IMG/VR virus record: IMGVR_UViG_3300036835_000480
Location: 1,224-65,223 of that record
Strand: one strand, 5' to 3'
DNA from: a virus
Lineage: Duplodnaviria > Caudoviricetes
Length of the DNA: 64,000 bases
Shown here: piece after piece, positions 1 to 9,300 of the stretch
How the letters are laid out: each line of letters opens with the position of its first letter
Position numbering within the stretch: position 1 is the stretch's first letter
Made by a program: the position numbers and the translations under genes
The notes under the pieces: model-generated
Database searches by the model: none
Told to the model about the DNA's origin: nothing
What the model saw: the letters and a program-made list of their open reading frames with translations, nothing else

Positions 1-40
1 TGCCCTGCACCACGTCGGCGCCGGTGACCTTGACGGGCAC
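1..40 (-). CDS. 5' fragment of a probable HK97 gp10-like tail-component gene (runs off the window)
   Basis: GTG start reads VPVKVTGADVVQG; follows the head-closure genes. Confidence 0.4.
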   Translation of the reverse strand, partial: MPVKVTGADVVQG

Positions 41-41
41 G

Positions 42-203
42 CTAGCTCTCCTTGCGCTTGCTCTTGCCCTTCGGCGCCTCGTCGTCCTCCGCGGGCCCGA
101 CGACCTCCGCGCCGGGGTTGTCTTTCAGGTACGCCTGGACCTGGTCGGCGCTGACGTGCACGACCGTATTGCCGTGCTTGATGGCAACGGTCTCCTCGGC
201 CAT
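42..203 (-). CDS. small hypothetical virion-module protein (53 aa)
   Basis: MAEETVAIKHGNTVVHVS...KRKES* with GGAGG RBS; below the ORF-track cutoff. Confidence 0.65.
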   Translation of the reverse strand: MAEETVAIKHGNTVVHVSADQVQAYLKDNPGAEVVGPAEDDEAPKGKSKRKES

Positions 204-212
204 CACTGCCTC

Positions 213-554
213 CTAGCGGATGCCACTGGTGCGCACTTCGAGCAGCGGCGCCTCGGCGGCCTGGCCGAAGGCGTCGACCTTCAGCCGCCGATCGCCCTGG
301 CTGGTGACGGTGATCCGCCAGTCCACGGCGAGCACCGTTGCGCGGCTGAACCAGACCGTCGGGCTCTGCACCGTCGGCGCGGCGCCCGGCGTCGTGATCA
401 CCGCGCCCGTGTCGCGGCCGAGGCGGCAGGGCACGTCCGCCGCGGCGACGGCGAAGCCGCCGGGCGCGCTGCGATCGGGCCGCTCCAGGGTGGCGCGGTC
501 GACCAGCCAGCGCTCGGCGAAGGCGACGCCCAGCGGGACGCCGGGCAGGACCAC
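213..554 (-). CDS. putative head-closure/head-tail adaptor protein
   Basis: 113 aa, beta-rich, directly after the connector gene, GGAGG RBS. Confidence 0.55.
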   Translation of the reverse strand: MVLPGVPLGVAFAERWLVDRATLERPDRSAPGGFAVAAADVPCRLGRDTGAVITTPGAAPTVQSPTVWFSRATVLAVDWRITVTSQGDRRLKVDAFGQAAEAPLLEVRTSGIR

Positions 555-565
555 GGGACCTCCTT

Positions 566-1210
566 TCAGGCCAGGACGATCGGCGCGTCGCGCAGCGGGT
601 CGAGCAGGCGCCGCGCCTCGGGCGGCACCGCGGCCTCGCCGCCGTCGCGTAGCTTGACGCTGAGCTGGCCGGTGATGGTGAACGCCTCGACAGCAGACGT
701 GATCCCCGCGAGCTGCGGCCCGAGCGCATCGGCGGCGATCATCGTCGCGGCCTGCTCCACGCTGGCCGGCAGGCTGGTCCCGGGCGTGTAGTCCACCACC
801 AGCCAGGGCTCCGAACCGCCGTAGGGCGTCGGCCAGCGGTAGGCGCTCCAGCCGCCGCCGTAGCCGCAGTAGCCGTAGGGCTGCGTGAGCAGGCGCCCGT
901 GCGCGGCGTCGACCAGCTCGTAGTCCTGGCCGGCCACGAGCGGCGCGCCGCCGCGGTCGAACGGCCAGCGCAAGGTGACGGCCTCGACGGAGAGCACCGG
1001 GATGGCGCGCAGGTAGGCCGTCGGGCGGGCGGGCAGGATCTGCTCGCCGAGGATCGGCCCCGTCAGCCAGGTATGGCCGGTGTAGTCGTCGATCGTCTGC
1101 TCGACCGCGGGCAGCAGCGCCTCGACGGCCGCGGCCTGGGCCGGCGTGAGCGGGACGCCGAGGTAGACGCCGACGGCATCGCTGGTGGTGTAGCCCTTCG
1201 CGTCAGCCAT
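566..1210 (-). CDS. head-tail connector protein (gp6/gp15-like)
   Basis: N-terminal YTT..V..YLG, IDDYTG, LPASVEQAATMIAA, C-terminal VPPEARRLLDPLR; position after the capsid gene. Confidence 0.75.
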   Translation of the reverse strand: MADAKGYTTSDAVGVYLGVPLTPAQAAAVEALLPAVEQTIDDYTGHTWLTGPILGEQILPARPTAYLRAIPVLSVEAVTLRWPFDRGGAPLVAGQDYELVDAAHGRLLTQPYGYCGYGGGWSAYRWPTPYGGSEPWLVVDYTPGTSLPASVEQAATMIAADALGPQLAGITSAVEAFTITGQLSVKLRDGGEAAVPPEARRLLDPLRDAPIVLA

Positions 1211-1385
1211 CGCGCCGCTCCTTGGTCGCGTAGTCGCGGTCGGGAGCCTGCGCCATGTCCGCGTAGTAGGGCGGGTGGGGCGGCGCGGGCCGCCCCGGCG
1301 CGGGGTCCGGCGGCCCGCGTCTGGGCCGCGCGAGCCACCAGGCCCAGCGCCAGGGTCGCAGCGCGTTAGTCAGGCGGGCTTTCAT
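1203..1385 (-). CDS. small hypothetical protein
   Basis: overlaps both neighbours; RBS-like GGAG upstream. Confidence 0.5.
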   Translation of the reverse strand: MKARLTNALRPWRWAWWLARPRRGPPDPAPGRPAPPHPPYYADMAQAPDRDYATKERRDG

Positions 1386-2280
1386 CGGCGGCTCCGTTCA
1401 GCGCCGCGAGCTGGGCGCGGAGAGCCATGACCTGGGCCTCGGCTGCGGCGAGGCGCTCGTTTAGTCGCTCCTTCGCCTTGCGCCGATCGTCGCCAGTCTT
1501 CGAGCGATGAGCCGCCCGTGAGAGCAGTTGCAGGTTGTCTAGGCCATTCTGGTCCCTTACTCCGTTGATGTGGTCGACCTCTTCGTAGGATTCCAGCGCG
1601 CGCCCCTTGGCGTTCGACATGACCAGGCGGTGCTCCAGAACCCAGCCGCTCGGCTTCGCGTTGGGATGGTCCGGCTGCCAGACCAGGACGTAGCCGAGCC
1701 CGTCGTAGCGCGCGGGCTTGCCGTTGTGGAGGCGCGGTAGCGTGTTCTTGAAGCGCGCCTGCGTGCTGCAAGTGCGCGAGCAGTATTTCTTGTCGCGATG
1801 GGCCGGGAGTAACGCCATCTGCCGGCCGCAGGTCGCACAGGCCCGCTCGATCCGCGGCGCGCGTTTGGCCACGACCGTACACGCTTTGGAGCAATAGATG
1901 GTGACGCGCTGGCGCCGCCGCCCCGGCGTCGAGTAGACAAGCGTTCCACAGGTCGCGCAGGGACGCTCGTCGCCGGTCCGGACGTGAGCGGTCTCCGAGG
2001 TCGGGCGACCGCACGCGCGCGAGCAGTACCAGGGCTGGTCGTAGTTGGCCTCGGTCACGTAGCGCTCGCGGGTCGACGCGCCGCAGCGCGCGCACGTCCG
2101 CGACTCGCGCAGACCACGGAAGCGATTGCGGTCCCAGCGAGCGGAGAGCGCGCCCCGCGCGTGGCGTAGATAGGCCGCACAAGAGCGGCTGCAAGTCCAG
2201 AACGCCCAGACCTCGCCGGGCTTTCGGTAGCGTGTCGCGAGCGTGCCACAGCGTTCGCATGGACGGGTTTCCAGAGCCAC
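1366..2280 (-). CDS. free-standing HNH homing endonuclease with tandem CxxC...CSxxC zinc repeats
   Basis: GWVLEHRLVM...EEVDHINGVRDQNGLDNLQLL; four Cys-rich repeats. Confidence 0.85.
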   Translation of the reverse strand: MALETRPCERCGTLATRYRKPGEVWAFWTCSRSCAAYLRHARGALSARWDRNRFRGLRESRTCARCGASTRERYVTEANYDQPWYCSRACGRPTSETAHVRTGDERPCATCGTLVYSTPGRRRQRVTIYCSKACTVVAKRAPRIERACATCGRQMALLPAHRDKKYCSRTCSTQARFKNTLPRLHNGKPARYDGLGYVLVWQPDHPNAKPSGWVLEHRLVMSNAKGRALESYEEVDHINGVRDQNGLDNLQLLSRAAHRSKTGDDRRKAKERLNERLAAAEAQVMALRAQLAALNGAADESPPD

Positions 2281-2287
2281 GGACTAC

Positions 2288-2328
2288 CTCCTCACAGGGG
2301 AACTCTGCGCCCCCCTGTGAGGAGTATA
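2288..2328 (-). promoter_or_regulatory. 13-bp RBS-sequestering hairpin overlapped by a TATACT -10 element
   Basis: CTCCTCACAGGGG (2288-2300) pairs with CCCCTGTGAGGAG (2312-2324); the 3' arm holds the GAGGAG RBS of the HNH gene. Confidence 0.75.
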
Positions 2329-2349
2329 GCATATATCTTGTTAGACTTC

Positions 2350-3675
2350 TCACAGCCCTGATACAGAACAGAAGCTGTTTGGTCTGAAGACGGCCAAGTT
2401 TCCTCTCGCCTCAACAAGCAGCGTGGACATATTTCTAACAAACTGGTCGTTAACTAAGCCGCTCCTTAGTACAGCTCCTTCCCTCTCGAAATAAAGCGCT
2501 CCCAGCCGCCAGCTCGCGACGAGGCCCGTGCCGACGGGCATGGCCTGGGAGAGCACCACACGGTAGCCCCAGAGCGTGTCGGCGCCGGCGAGCGCGGGCG
2601 GACCCATCAGGTAGCCGCCGATGAAGCCGGAGCCGCTGCCCTCGCGGGCGAGGCGGATGGTCTGCCAGTCGAGGGGATGCAGGATGATGTTCTCGGGCGG
2701 GCTCTGCCCCGTCACGGCGACCTGCACGGCGGCCTTGTAGAGGGCGTCCTGCTGCGTGTCGGTGCCCCGCCCGCGGGTCTGGATGCCGGCGTTGAGCACG
2801 CCGAGCATGTTCTCGCCGGCCCCGTTACCGCTGAGGATCTGGCTCTCGATGGTCTGCTCCAGCATGACCATCAACCGCTGGTCGATCACGCCGCGGATGG
2901 CCGGCGCGTCGGCGAGCATGTTGTTCGTGACGGGGATCCAGGTCGCCGCCGTGCGGATCGGGAGGGTCTGGCGGCTAAAGGCGATCGCCGACTCGGGCTT
3001 GAGGCCCGACGTACCGGTGCTGGCCGTGGCCTCGGGCACCATCGCGGCGTTGTTGGTGAACGTGTCCTCCCGCACGTAGGAGATCGTGTTCGAGGTCGTC
3101 GGCGTCGTGGGCACCACGTCCAGGACGGTCAGCGGTCGCTGGAGGAGCTGGATCACGCCCGGCTGATAGTCCGGGGTGACGAACGCGCCGCCGACGCCGG
3201 AGCCGGAGTAGACGAGCGCCTTGGAGCTGCGCGGGTTTTTGATGCGGTCGATGATCGACGCCTTGCGACCGAGATCGACGGAGAAGTTCACCACGTTGTT
3301 CGGCGAGTCGAACACGCCGCTCTGGAGTAGGCGGGTGTACTCGTCGTCGTCGGTGAGGATGCGCCCGATCGACTTCATGTCTTTTTCGTCGAGGCCGCCC
3401 TCGCCGAACGCCTGCATGCTGTGGCCGCCGTTGCCGCGGGCGCCCGGCTGGCGCAGGCTAGTGAGCGAGCGATTGATGCGGTCGAGGTCTAGCTCGGCGT
3501 CCTGGAGCGCGAGGCTCTGCCGCTCGAAGTCGCTGCCCTCGGCCATCAGCCGCTTCACTTCGGCCTGGTCCGCGGGGTCGGTAGGCGCGCTGCCGTCGTA
3601 CTTGGCGAAGATCGCCCGCGCCGCCTCGAAGCGGGTGAGGGCCTCGTGGTTCAGCTCAGCTACGGTCGGCATCAT
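2350..3675 (-). CDS. major capsid protein, HK97 family
   Basis: N-terminal delta-domain coiled coil, GGAFVTPDY, ATWIPVTNNMLADAP, QILSGNG, FVRNMSTLLVEAR. Confidence 0.95.
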   Translation of the reverse strand: MMPTVAELNHEALTRFEAARAIFAKYDGSAPTDPADQAEVKRLMAEGSDFERQSLALQDAELDLDRINRSLTSLRQPGARGNGGHSMQAFGEGGLDEKDMKSIGRILTDDDEYTRLLQSGVFDSPNNVVNFSVDLGRKASIIDRIKNPRSSKALVYSGSGVGGAFVTPDYQPGVIQLLQRPLTVLDVVPTTPTTSNTISYVREDTFTNNAAMVPEATASTGTSGLKPESAIAFSRQTLPIRTAATWIPVTNNMLADAPAIRGVIDQRLMVMLEQTIESQILSGNGAGENMLGVLNAGIQTRGRGTDTQQDALYKAAVQVAVTGQSPPENIILHPLDWQTIRLAREGSGSGFIGGYLMGPPALAGADTLWGYRVVLSQAMPVGTGLVASWRLGALYFEREGAVLRSGLVNDQFVRNMSTLLVEARGNLAVFRPNSFCSVSGL

Positions 3676-4798
3676 CGGTCCCTTCCGCGGCGAGGAGGCC
3701 GCGCAGGCGCAGGCGGGATTCCAGCGCCCGAAACTCGATCCATTCCAGCCAGCCCTTGGCGGGGGGTGGGGCGGGCTCGGTGTCAGCGAGGAGCTGCTCG
3801 ATCACGTCGAAGGCGGCGGTCAGCGCGCCGCGGGCATCGAGCACCTGGCGGAGCTTCTGGCGGGTGGACTCGGAGAGCGTGCGGCCCTCCTTCGCGGCGA
3901 AGCGGGACTGGGCGAGGGCGCGCAGATGGAACGCCTCGACCTGGCCGTAGGCGCCCTGGAGCGCCTCCAACACGCGGCCCAGGTGCTCGTCCCAGGCGTC
4001 GCGGCTAGCGAGGAGTACGTCGTCGGCGGCACGGAGCAGGGGGTCGGCGTCGGCCTTGCCCTCTGAGGCGGGCTCGAAGGAGGCGCCGTCGTGGCTATCG
4101 CAGTGAGCGCGGGCCGCGTCGACAGTCCAGGTGTCGGTGGGGTAGCGGTAGGATTGCTCCGTCATGGCATCCGCCCCTTTGAGGCGGCCCATGATGATCG
4201 CGTACTCCTTGCCCTCGTGGGTGCGCGTAGTGCGGCGGAAGGAGTCGGCCTCGAACAGCGATGGGTCCTTGAGCCTGCACGCGCTTTCGTTGGGGAAGGG
4301 TTTGAGGTCGCGGGCCTTGACCTCCGCTACGCGGGCGGCGTCGTCCGCCGGTAGCAACACGAGGCTGACCTCGACCAACGACACCTCTTGCAGTAGACGT
4401 GTGCCGTTAGGCCCGGATGCGGACTTGACGGGGTAATACCCGATGGAGAGCCCCATCCGTTTACCGGCAGCCAGGCGCTCCTGCGTGATCTGGCGCGCCT
4501 CCTGTGCGGCCGCGGTGCCGTGGAAGGTGGCCTCGATCCAGAGGCCGTGATCGTCCTCCCGAGCGGCAGTAGGGTAGGCGACCGGGATACGGTCGTCATG
4601 GCTCCAGCCAATGAAGCCATCACTGAGAAACTTGGGGATCGTATCGGCATAGGCGCCCGGTACGATCGTGTCCCCGTAGGCGTCAACCCCCGAGAACACG
4701 CTGGCATGGCCCGCAAAGGAGCCAGTCGAGGCGTCAAATGCCAGATCGAGGAGAGAAACCTGCTTGCGTTCGAGCGTCGGCGCGGGTGGAGCGGGCAT
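3656..4798 (-). CDS. HK97-family prohead protease with C-terminal extension
   Basis: FAGHASVFSGVDAYGDTIVPGAY, WSHD, GLSIGY, LVEVSLV..PA. Confidence 0.9.
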   Translation of the reverse strand: MPAPPAPTLERKQVSLLDLAFDASTGSFAGHASVFSGVDAYGDTIVPGAYADTIPKFLSDGFIGWSHDDRIPVAYPTAAREDDHGLWIEATFHGTAAAQEARQITQERLAAGKRMGLSIGYYPVKSASGPNGTRLLQEVSLVEVSLVLLPADDAARVAEVKARDLKPFPNESACRLKDPSLFEADSFRRTTRTHEGKEYAIIMGRLKGADAMTEQSYRYPTDTWTVDAARAHCDSHDGASFEPASEGKADADPLLRAADDVLLASRDAWDEHLGRVLEALQGAYGQVEAFHLRALAQSRFAAKEGRTLSESTRQKLRQVLDARGALTAAFDVIEQLLADTEPAPPPAKGWLEWIEFRALESRLRLRGLLAAEGTDDADRS

Positions 4799-4805
4799 AA
4801 ACAAA

Positions 4806-4919
4806 GCCCTACTAGCAGCCGCGCTCTTGCGCACTGGCTAGTAGGGCACCATGCCCGATCAGAGATGTGGGGCATTCCCCACGGACGCTAGATTATCACT
4901 GCGTATTTGGGCATGTCAA
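4806..4919 (-). promoter_or_regulatory. putative promoter and hairpin leader for the protease/capsid genes
   Basis: TTGACA (4919-4914)-16 bp-GATAAT; 11-bp inverted repeat 4806-4816/4837-4847 next to the start codon. Confidence 0.5.
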
Positions 4920-4923
4920 GAGC

Positions 4924-5118
4924 TTAGCGATAGCGCAGGGGATCGGGGCGCCGGGAGGATGGCGCCCGACGATCTCTGCGCGGATCGCTCGCATCCCCCG
5001 TCTGGAGCAGCTTCCCGGTCCGACAGCCATTACACCGGGGCACGCGAATGACGTAGCCCGGCGGAGCATCGGTCTCGGCGAGATGCCGGCCGCAGTCCGG
5101 GCAAGCGAGCTTCCGCAC
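4924..5118 (-). CDS. Com-like (Mu com family) zinc-ribbon protein, copy 1
   Basis: LACPDCGRHLAE...VPRCNGC. Confidence 0.6.
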   Translation of the reverse strand: MRKLACPDCGRHLAETDAPPGYVIRVPRCNGCRTGKLLQTGDASDPRRDRRAPSSRRPDPLRYR

Positions 5119-5278
5119 CGCGTCGCCTCCAACTACCGCCCGGCAGGAGACGCCAGGGGGCGCTGAGCCGTGGGCGTATAGCTACCACCCCGAATCATCC
5201 CAGCGCCGGCTAGCGTAGCACGGGTGCCGGCCGCTCTGCAAGCGCGGGCGATAATCGGCCCGCGGATGGGAGGGCAGG

Positions 5279-5524
5279 ATGCGGCAGGCGGCGCGGATCG
5301 CGGAGCTGGAGGCGGAGCCTCTAAGTCTCGTTCTGCGGAACGAGACGGCTTGCTGCGCAATGCTCGGCGCGCTCGTGGGGACGCTGGAGCACTACCCGCG
5401 GACGCACGAGGTCGCCGTCATCGCCGCGCTAGCCGTGGCGGCGAAGGTGCTCGGGCGGCGCAAGGTAGAGCAGGCGACCGGGCGCGCGCTGATCGAGGTG
5501 CTCGCCGAGCTGGAGCGGGACTAG
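5279..5524 (+). CDS. hypothetical protein
   Basis: GGAGG RBS, helical 81-aa ORF. Confidence 0.55.
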   Translation: MRQAARIAELEAEPLSLVLRNETACCAMLGALVGTLEHYPRTHEVAVIAALAVAAKVLGRRKVEQATGRALIEVLAELERD

Positions 5525-5564
5525 GCAATTCCGAAAACTGCTCGCTGTTTGGGCTCGAAACTGC

Positions 5565-5593
5565 TTGCATTTATCATTGGATAGGTGTACTAT
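5565..5593 (+). promoter_or_regulatory. conserved cassette promoter P1
   Basis: TTGCAT-17-TACTAT, spacer TTATCATTGGATAGGTG. Confidence 0.8.
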
Positions 5594-5632
5594 ATTGGTA
5601 GGAACAGGAACGCACGAGCGAAGGAGAGCGAG

Positions 5633-6229
5633 ATGACGAACCAGTGCCCAGGCAGCAAGCAGACCCCGATCGAGACCATCCAGGCCGTGGACGCGACGAC
5701 CGCCGCGCCGCCGGTCTGCCCCGAGTGCCTCCAGCCGGTGAAGCTGCTCAAGAGCGGCCGCGTGGCCGTCCACAAGGCGCTCGCGCCGCAGGGCGGCTAC
5801 CCGGTCCTCCGCGGCGACTGGGGCCAGGAGCGCGGCTGGATCGACCTCACCAGCGACGCGAGCTGCGACAAGTGTGGCCGCGACAACCACGTCGAGGCGG
5901 CCATCTACAGCCACCCGACCTGCCCGCTAATGCTCTGCCAGGAAGACGCCGCGGAGTGGGAGCGCGGCCAGCAGCCCGAGGACGAGGCGCCCGCCGACAA
6001 CGGCAGCGAGGGCGAGCAGGCTCCCGACGAGGCGCCGAGCGGGATCGACGTAGCGATCCGCCTGGCCGAGCGCGCGGCGCTCCAGACGGCGCTCCGCAAG
6101 GTGCCCGCCGACGACCTCAAGGCGCGGCTGCTCCGCCTGGTGGAGATCACAACGATGCCCCGTACCCTGACCGAGATCAAGAACCTGATCGTCGACGCCG
6201 AGCTACCGCTGCCCGCGGTCGCCGGCTAG
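5633..6229 (+). CDS. Cys-rich hypothetical protein
   Basis: AAGGAG RBS after P1; CPGS...CPEC...H and CDKC motifs. Confidence 0.7.
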   Translation: MTNQCPGSKQTPIETIQAVDATTAAPPVCPECLQPVKLLKSGRVAVHKALAPQGGYPVLRGDWGQERGWIDLTSDASCDKCGRDNHVEAAIYSHPTCPLMLCQEDAAEWERGQQPEDEAPADNGSEGEQAPDEAPSGIDVAIRLAERAALQTALRKVPADDLKARLLRLVEITTMPRTLTEIKNLIVDAELPLPAVAG

Positions 6230-6251
6230 ACGCGGACGAGAGGAGCCGACG

Positions 6252-6557
6252 ATGACCAGCCGCGAAGCCCGCCGCGCCGCCGAGGCCGCCGCCTCGGCGG
6301 CCAAGGCGACCCAGGCCGACGCCGACGCGCTGGCCACTCGCCTGGTCGCTACCAGCGGCCGCCCGCGCGCGAAGGTCCGCATCCTGGCCGCAGACGCGAC
6401 CGCGCTCACGACCAGCGCGGCCGGCTACTGGGACCACCACGGCCTCGGCGCCGCGGGAACGCTGGCCGACGGGCGGACCTGGCGGCTGGAGTGCCTGAAC
6501 CCCTGGAGCGGCTACCACCTGGTGATTCCGCGAACCACCCCAGGAGAACGACGATGA
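6252..6557 (+). CDS. hypothetical protein
   Basis: GAGGAG RBS; ATGA overlap with the next ORF (6554-6691). Confidence 0.65.
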   Translation: MTSREARRAAEAAASAAKATQADADALATRLVATSGRPRAKVRILAADATALTTSAAGYWDHHGLGAAGTLADGRTWRLECLNPWSGYHLVIPRTTPGERR

Positions 6558-6743
6558 GTGGCAGCAATCACCGGTCCCCGCGAGTCGAGCCCGAGGATGA
6601 CGGCTGGGACAGCGCCGAGACCGCGGCCTACTACCGGGCGCAGCGCGAGCGCGGCCCGAACCCCTGCGTCTGCGGGCGCCAGGCGCAGTGATCCTACTGG
6701 GAGAGCCCCTGCCCGTACCGCTACGCGGAGCCCGACTAAGTGC

Positions 6744-6772
6744 TTGCATTTATTATCGTACTACTGTACTAT
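6744..6772 (+). promoter_or_regulatory. conserved cassette promoter P2
   Basis: TTGCAT-17-TACTAT, spacer TTATTATCGTACTACTG. Confidence 0.8.
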
Positions 6773-6823
6773 TAGATTGTAGGGCGCGGGCGCGCAAAGG
6801 CGCCGGCCGACGAGGAGCCCCCG

Positions 6824-7039
6824 ATGAGCCGCTACACCACCCACCCGGCGCTGAAGGCCCAGGACCGCTACGCGCGCGCCTGCGCGAACTTCGACCGCCG
6901 CCTCGACGGCTACCTGCGGGTCCGCGAACACGCGACCCGCGATAGCGCCCCCGCCCAGGCCGCGCTCGCCGCCCTCCAGTCGGCCAAGGCGCTCCGCCTG
7001 GCGACCTGGAACGCCTGGCAGGGCTGGTGCCATGCCTAG
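6824..7039 (+). CDS. hypothetical protein
   Basis: GAGGAG RBS downstream of P2. Confidence 0.65.
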   Translation: MSRYTTHPALKAQDRYARACANFDRRLDGYLRVREHATRDSAPAQAALAALQSAKALRLATWNAWQGWCHA

Positions 7040-7104
7040 CGTCCCCGTCCCGCGGTGATGCTCCGCGGCTGACGAGCCCCAGCAGGGCGAAACGGGGAGG
7101 CAGG

Positions 7105-7260
7105 ATGCGCTACACGCTCTACGCCAGCGGCGGCCTGGACTGGCACGACCGCACCTATTACCGAGTGATGGCGGGTGGGCTCTTCTGCGGCCCACGGTTC
7201 CCGACCAAGGCCGCGGCGCACGCCTGGGCTCAGGCCCAGGGCTGGGAGCCCGAGCCATGA
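7105..7260 (+). CDS. small hypothetical protein
   Basis: GGAGG RBS; MRYTLYASGG...FPTKAAAHAWA. Confidence 0.55.
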   Translation: MRYTLYASGGLDWHDRTYYRVMAGGLFCGPRFPTKAAAHAWAQAQGWEPEP

Positions 7261-7637
7261 TCGGCTGGCGCTGCCACGGCCCCGCACACGACCACCGCGG
7301 CTGCGACGACCGCGCCTGCGCCTGTCCCTGCCACCAGCCCTGCCGCATCTGCCACCAGCCACGGCACAGCCACGACGGGCTCGCGCACGCCCTGGCCTGG
7401 CTCGGGCTCCCACCGATCGCCGGCGGCGCGCTCGACGCCAACGGCTGGCACCGCGCTGACTGCAAGAAACGCTATCAGTGTGCCCGTTGCCCGAACTGGC
7501 CCGAGTGGGGCTGGTGGCGCGACGGGGAGATCATCTGCAACGCCTGCCACGGCGACCCGCCCGACGCGCTGACCGCCTACGACCGGCGACTGCCCGTCGA
7601 GGTCCAGACTAGCGCGGGCAGGGGCGATTGCGACTAG
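7257..7637 (+). CDS. Cys/His-rich hypothetical protein
   Basis: ATGA overlap; CACPCH and several CxxC motifs. Confidence 0.6.
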   Translation: MIGWRCHGPAHDHRGCDDRACACPCHQPCRICHQPRHSHDGLAHALAWLGLPPIAGGALDANGWHRADCKKRYQCARCPNWPEWGWWRDGEIICNACHGDPPDALTAYDRRLPVEVQTSAGRGDCD

Positions 7638-7743
7638 GACGCGATCTGCGGGCGCTCCGCAGCACGCAGGTCGGGAAATACCTGATCGCCCCCCGGACGG
7701 CACGATACGCCGTCCTGGGGGCAATACGGGGGTACCGGGCGAG

Positions 7744-7926
7744 CTAGCGGTAGCGCAGCGGATCGGGCCGCCGCCCCTCAGGCTGGCTCGCCGCCCGCTT
7801 GCCGTCGGCGGTCCGCAGCACGCGCTCCTGGCGGCAGCGGGGGCACCGCTGGAGGATCGTGTAGCCAGGGGGGCAATCCGTCTCGGAGAGGTGGCGGCCG
7901 CAGACCGGGCAGACGAGCTTACGCAT
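7744..7926 (-). CDS. Com-like zinc-ribbon protein, copy 2
   Basis: MRKLVCPVCGRHLSETDCPPGY...RCPRC...RRPDPLRYR; clear paralogue of 4924-5118. Confidence 0.65.
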   Translation of the reverse strand: MRKLVCPVCGRHLSETDCPPGYTILQRCPRCRQERVLRTADGKRAASQPEGRRPDPLRYR

Positions 7927-8215
7927 CGGGTAGCCTCCCGCCCCCGCCCAACCGCGGCGCCACCCCGCGCCGTAGCGTCCCGACCATCTCCAGCCGGCGC
8001 AGCGCCGCCTCGCAGTCTGCGCGGTAGGTGCTGATCTCCGCGAGTACTGGCCCCTCGATGTAGTCGCGCTGGCAGGCCGCTTCGAGCCGCCGCGCACCGG
8101 TCACGAGGTCGCGCTGGATCGCCACCAGCTCGGCGTCCGAGTGCGCCTCGCAGACCGCGCGCAGCATCATCCCCTGGAGCACCCGCAGCCCCTCGTGCGC
8201 CTGCCGCGCGTTCAC
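7919..8215 (-). CDS. hypothetical protein
   Basis: GTGA overlap with the upstream glycosyltransferase stop. Confidence 0.55.
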   Translation of the reverse strand: MNARQAHEGLRVLQGMMLRAVCEAHSDAELVAIQRDLVTGARRLEAACQRDYIEGPVLAEISTYRADCEAALRRLEMVGTLRRGVAPRLGGGGRLPDA

Positions 8216-9300
8216 GCCGGCACCGCCCGCGCCGCCTCGCGGATCGCTTGCCAGGCCGCCGGCCAGCGGGCGAGCTGCCCCGCCAGGCTGAACTCCCGCT
8301 CCACCCGCCGCCCCCAGGCGCGCACGAGCCGTCGCCGTAGGGCCGCGTCCTCGACCAGCCGCGCCAGCGCCGCCTCCCACTCGTCCGCCGTCTCGGCAAT
8401 CAGCCCGTCGCGCCCGTCGCGCAGGGTGCCGCCGTAGACCGTCGGGGAGGCGACCACAGCGGCCTCGGCGGCACCGTATTCTAGTATCTTGCAGGTCGAT
8501 TTCATGTGGTTGAACGGCTTGTCCTCCAGCGGCGCGCAGCCGATGTCCCACCCCGCGTAGGCCCGCGGATAGACCGCCACCGGCAGCCAGTCGCACGCGG
8601 CCAGCCGCTCCCGCGGCACCGCCTCCAGCAGACACGGCGCCAGCCAACCAGCAACCACGAAGCAGGTCTCGGGATAGCGCGCGGCGATCCGCCGCCAGGC
8701 CGCCGCCAGCGGCAGCAGGTCGCCCGCCTCGCGCTTGCCGCCCGCCCAGCCGATCACGACCGCGCCGTGCTCGCGCGCGAACGGCGGGCGCGTCTGGGCC
8801 CACGGCCCGCGGAAGCCCTCCCAGTCGATCGCGTTCGGCACCACCAGCACCGGCCGATCGGTATAGCTGCGGATCAGCGTCGCCAGGCGCGGCGTCGAGA
8901 CGACGACGCCATCACACGCCTGCAGCGTCTTCCGCCGGTAGCGCGCGTCTTCGCGGAGCAGGGCGGCCGGGCGATCGGGCGCCATCACGCGCGCCTGGGC
9001 GAGGAAGGCGTCGGAGAAGATATCGTCGTCCGTCTCGTAGATCAGCGTATTGCCCTGCGCGCGGCGCTGCGCCAGCCAGCGGAGCCCACCCAGCCAGTCG
9101 CCGGGCTGGTAGCCGAAGCGCGTCATGACGACGACCTCGGACTGGCGGGCGATGACCTCGGCGCGGTCGTCCTCGATGTTCATCCAGAGCACGGGATAGC
9201 CGCGCGCGAAGAGCATCTGGCAGGGCGCCGCCACCCGCCAGTAGAAGCAGCCGTCCTGCTGGCGGTAGAGATACAGCGTCCGCGGCAGCGCCTCAGCCAT
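8212..9300 (-). CDS. GT-B fold glycosyltransferase (GT4-like)
   Basis: GCFYWR, YETDDD, DGVVVSTPRL, VVPNAID, IGWAGG, DIGCAPLEDKPFNHMKSTCKILEY. Confidence 0.9.
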   Translation of the reverse strand: MAEALPRTLYLYRQQDGCFYWRVAAPCQMLFARGYPVLWMNIEDDRAEVIARQSEVVVMTRFGYQPGDWLGGLRWLAQRRAQGNTLIYETDDDIFSDAFLAQARVMAPDRPAALLREDARYRRKTLQACDGVVVSTPRLATLIRSYTDRPVLVVPNAIDWEGFRGPWAQTRPPFAREHGAVVIGWAGGKREAGDLLPLAAAWRRIAARYPETCFVVAGWLAPCLLEAVPRERLAACDWLPVAVYPRAYAGWDIGCAPLEDKPFNHMKSTCKILEYGAAEAAVVASPTVYGGTLRDGRDGLIAETADEWEAALARLVEDAALRRRLVRAWGRRVEREFSLAGQLARWPAAWQAIREAARAVPA

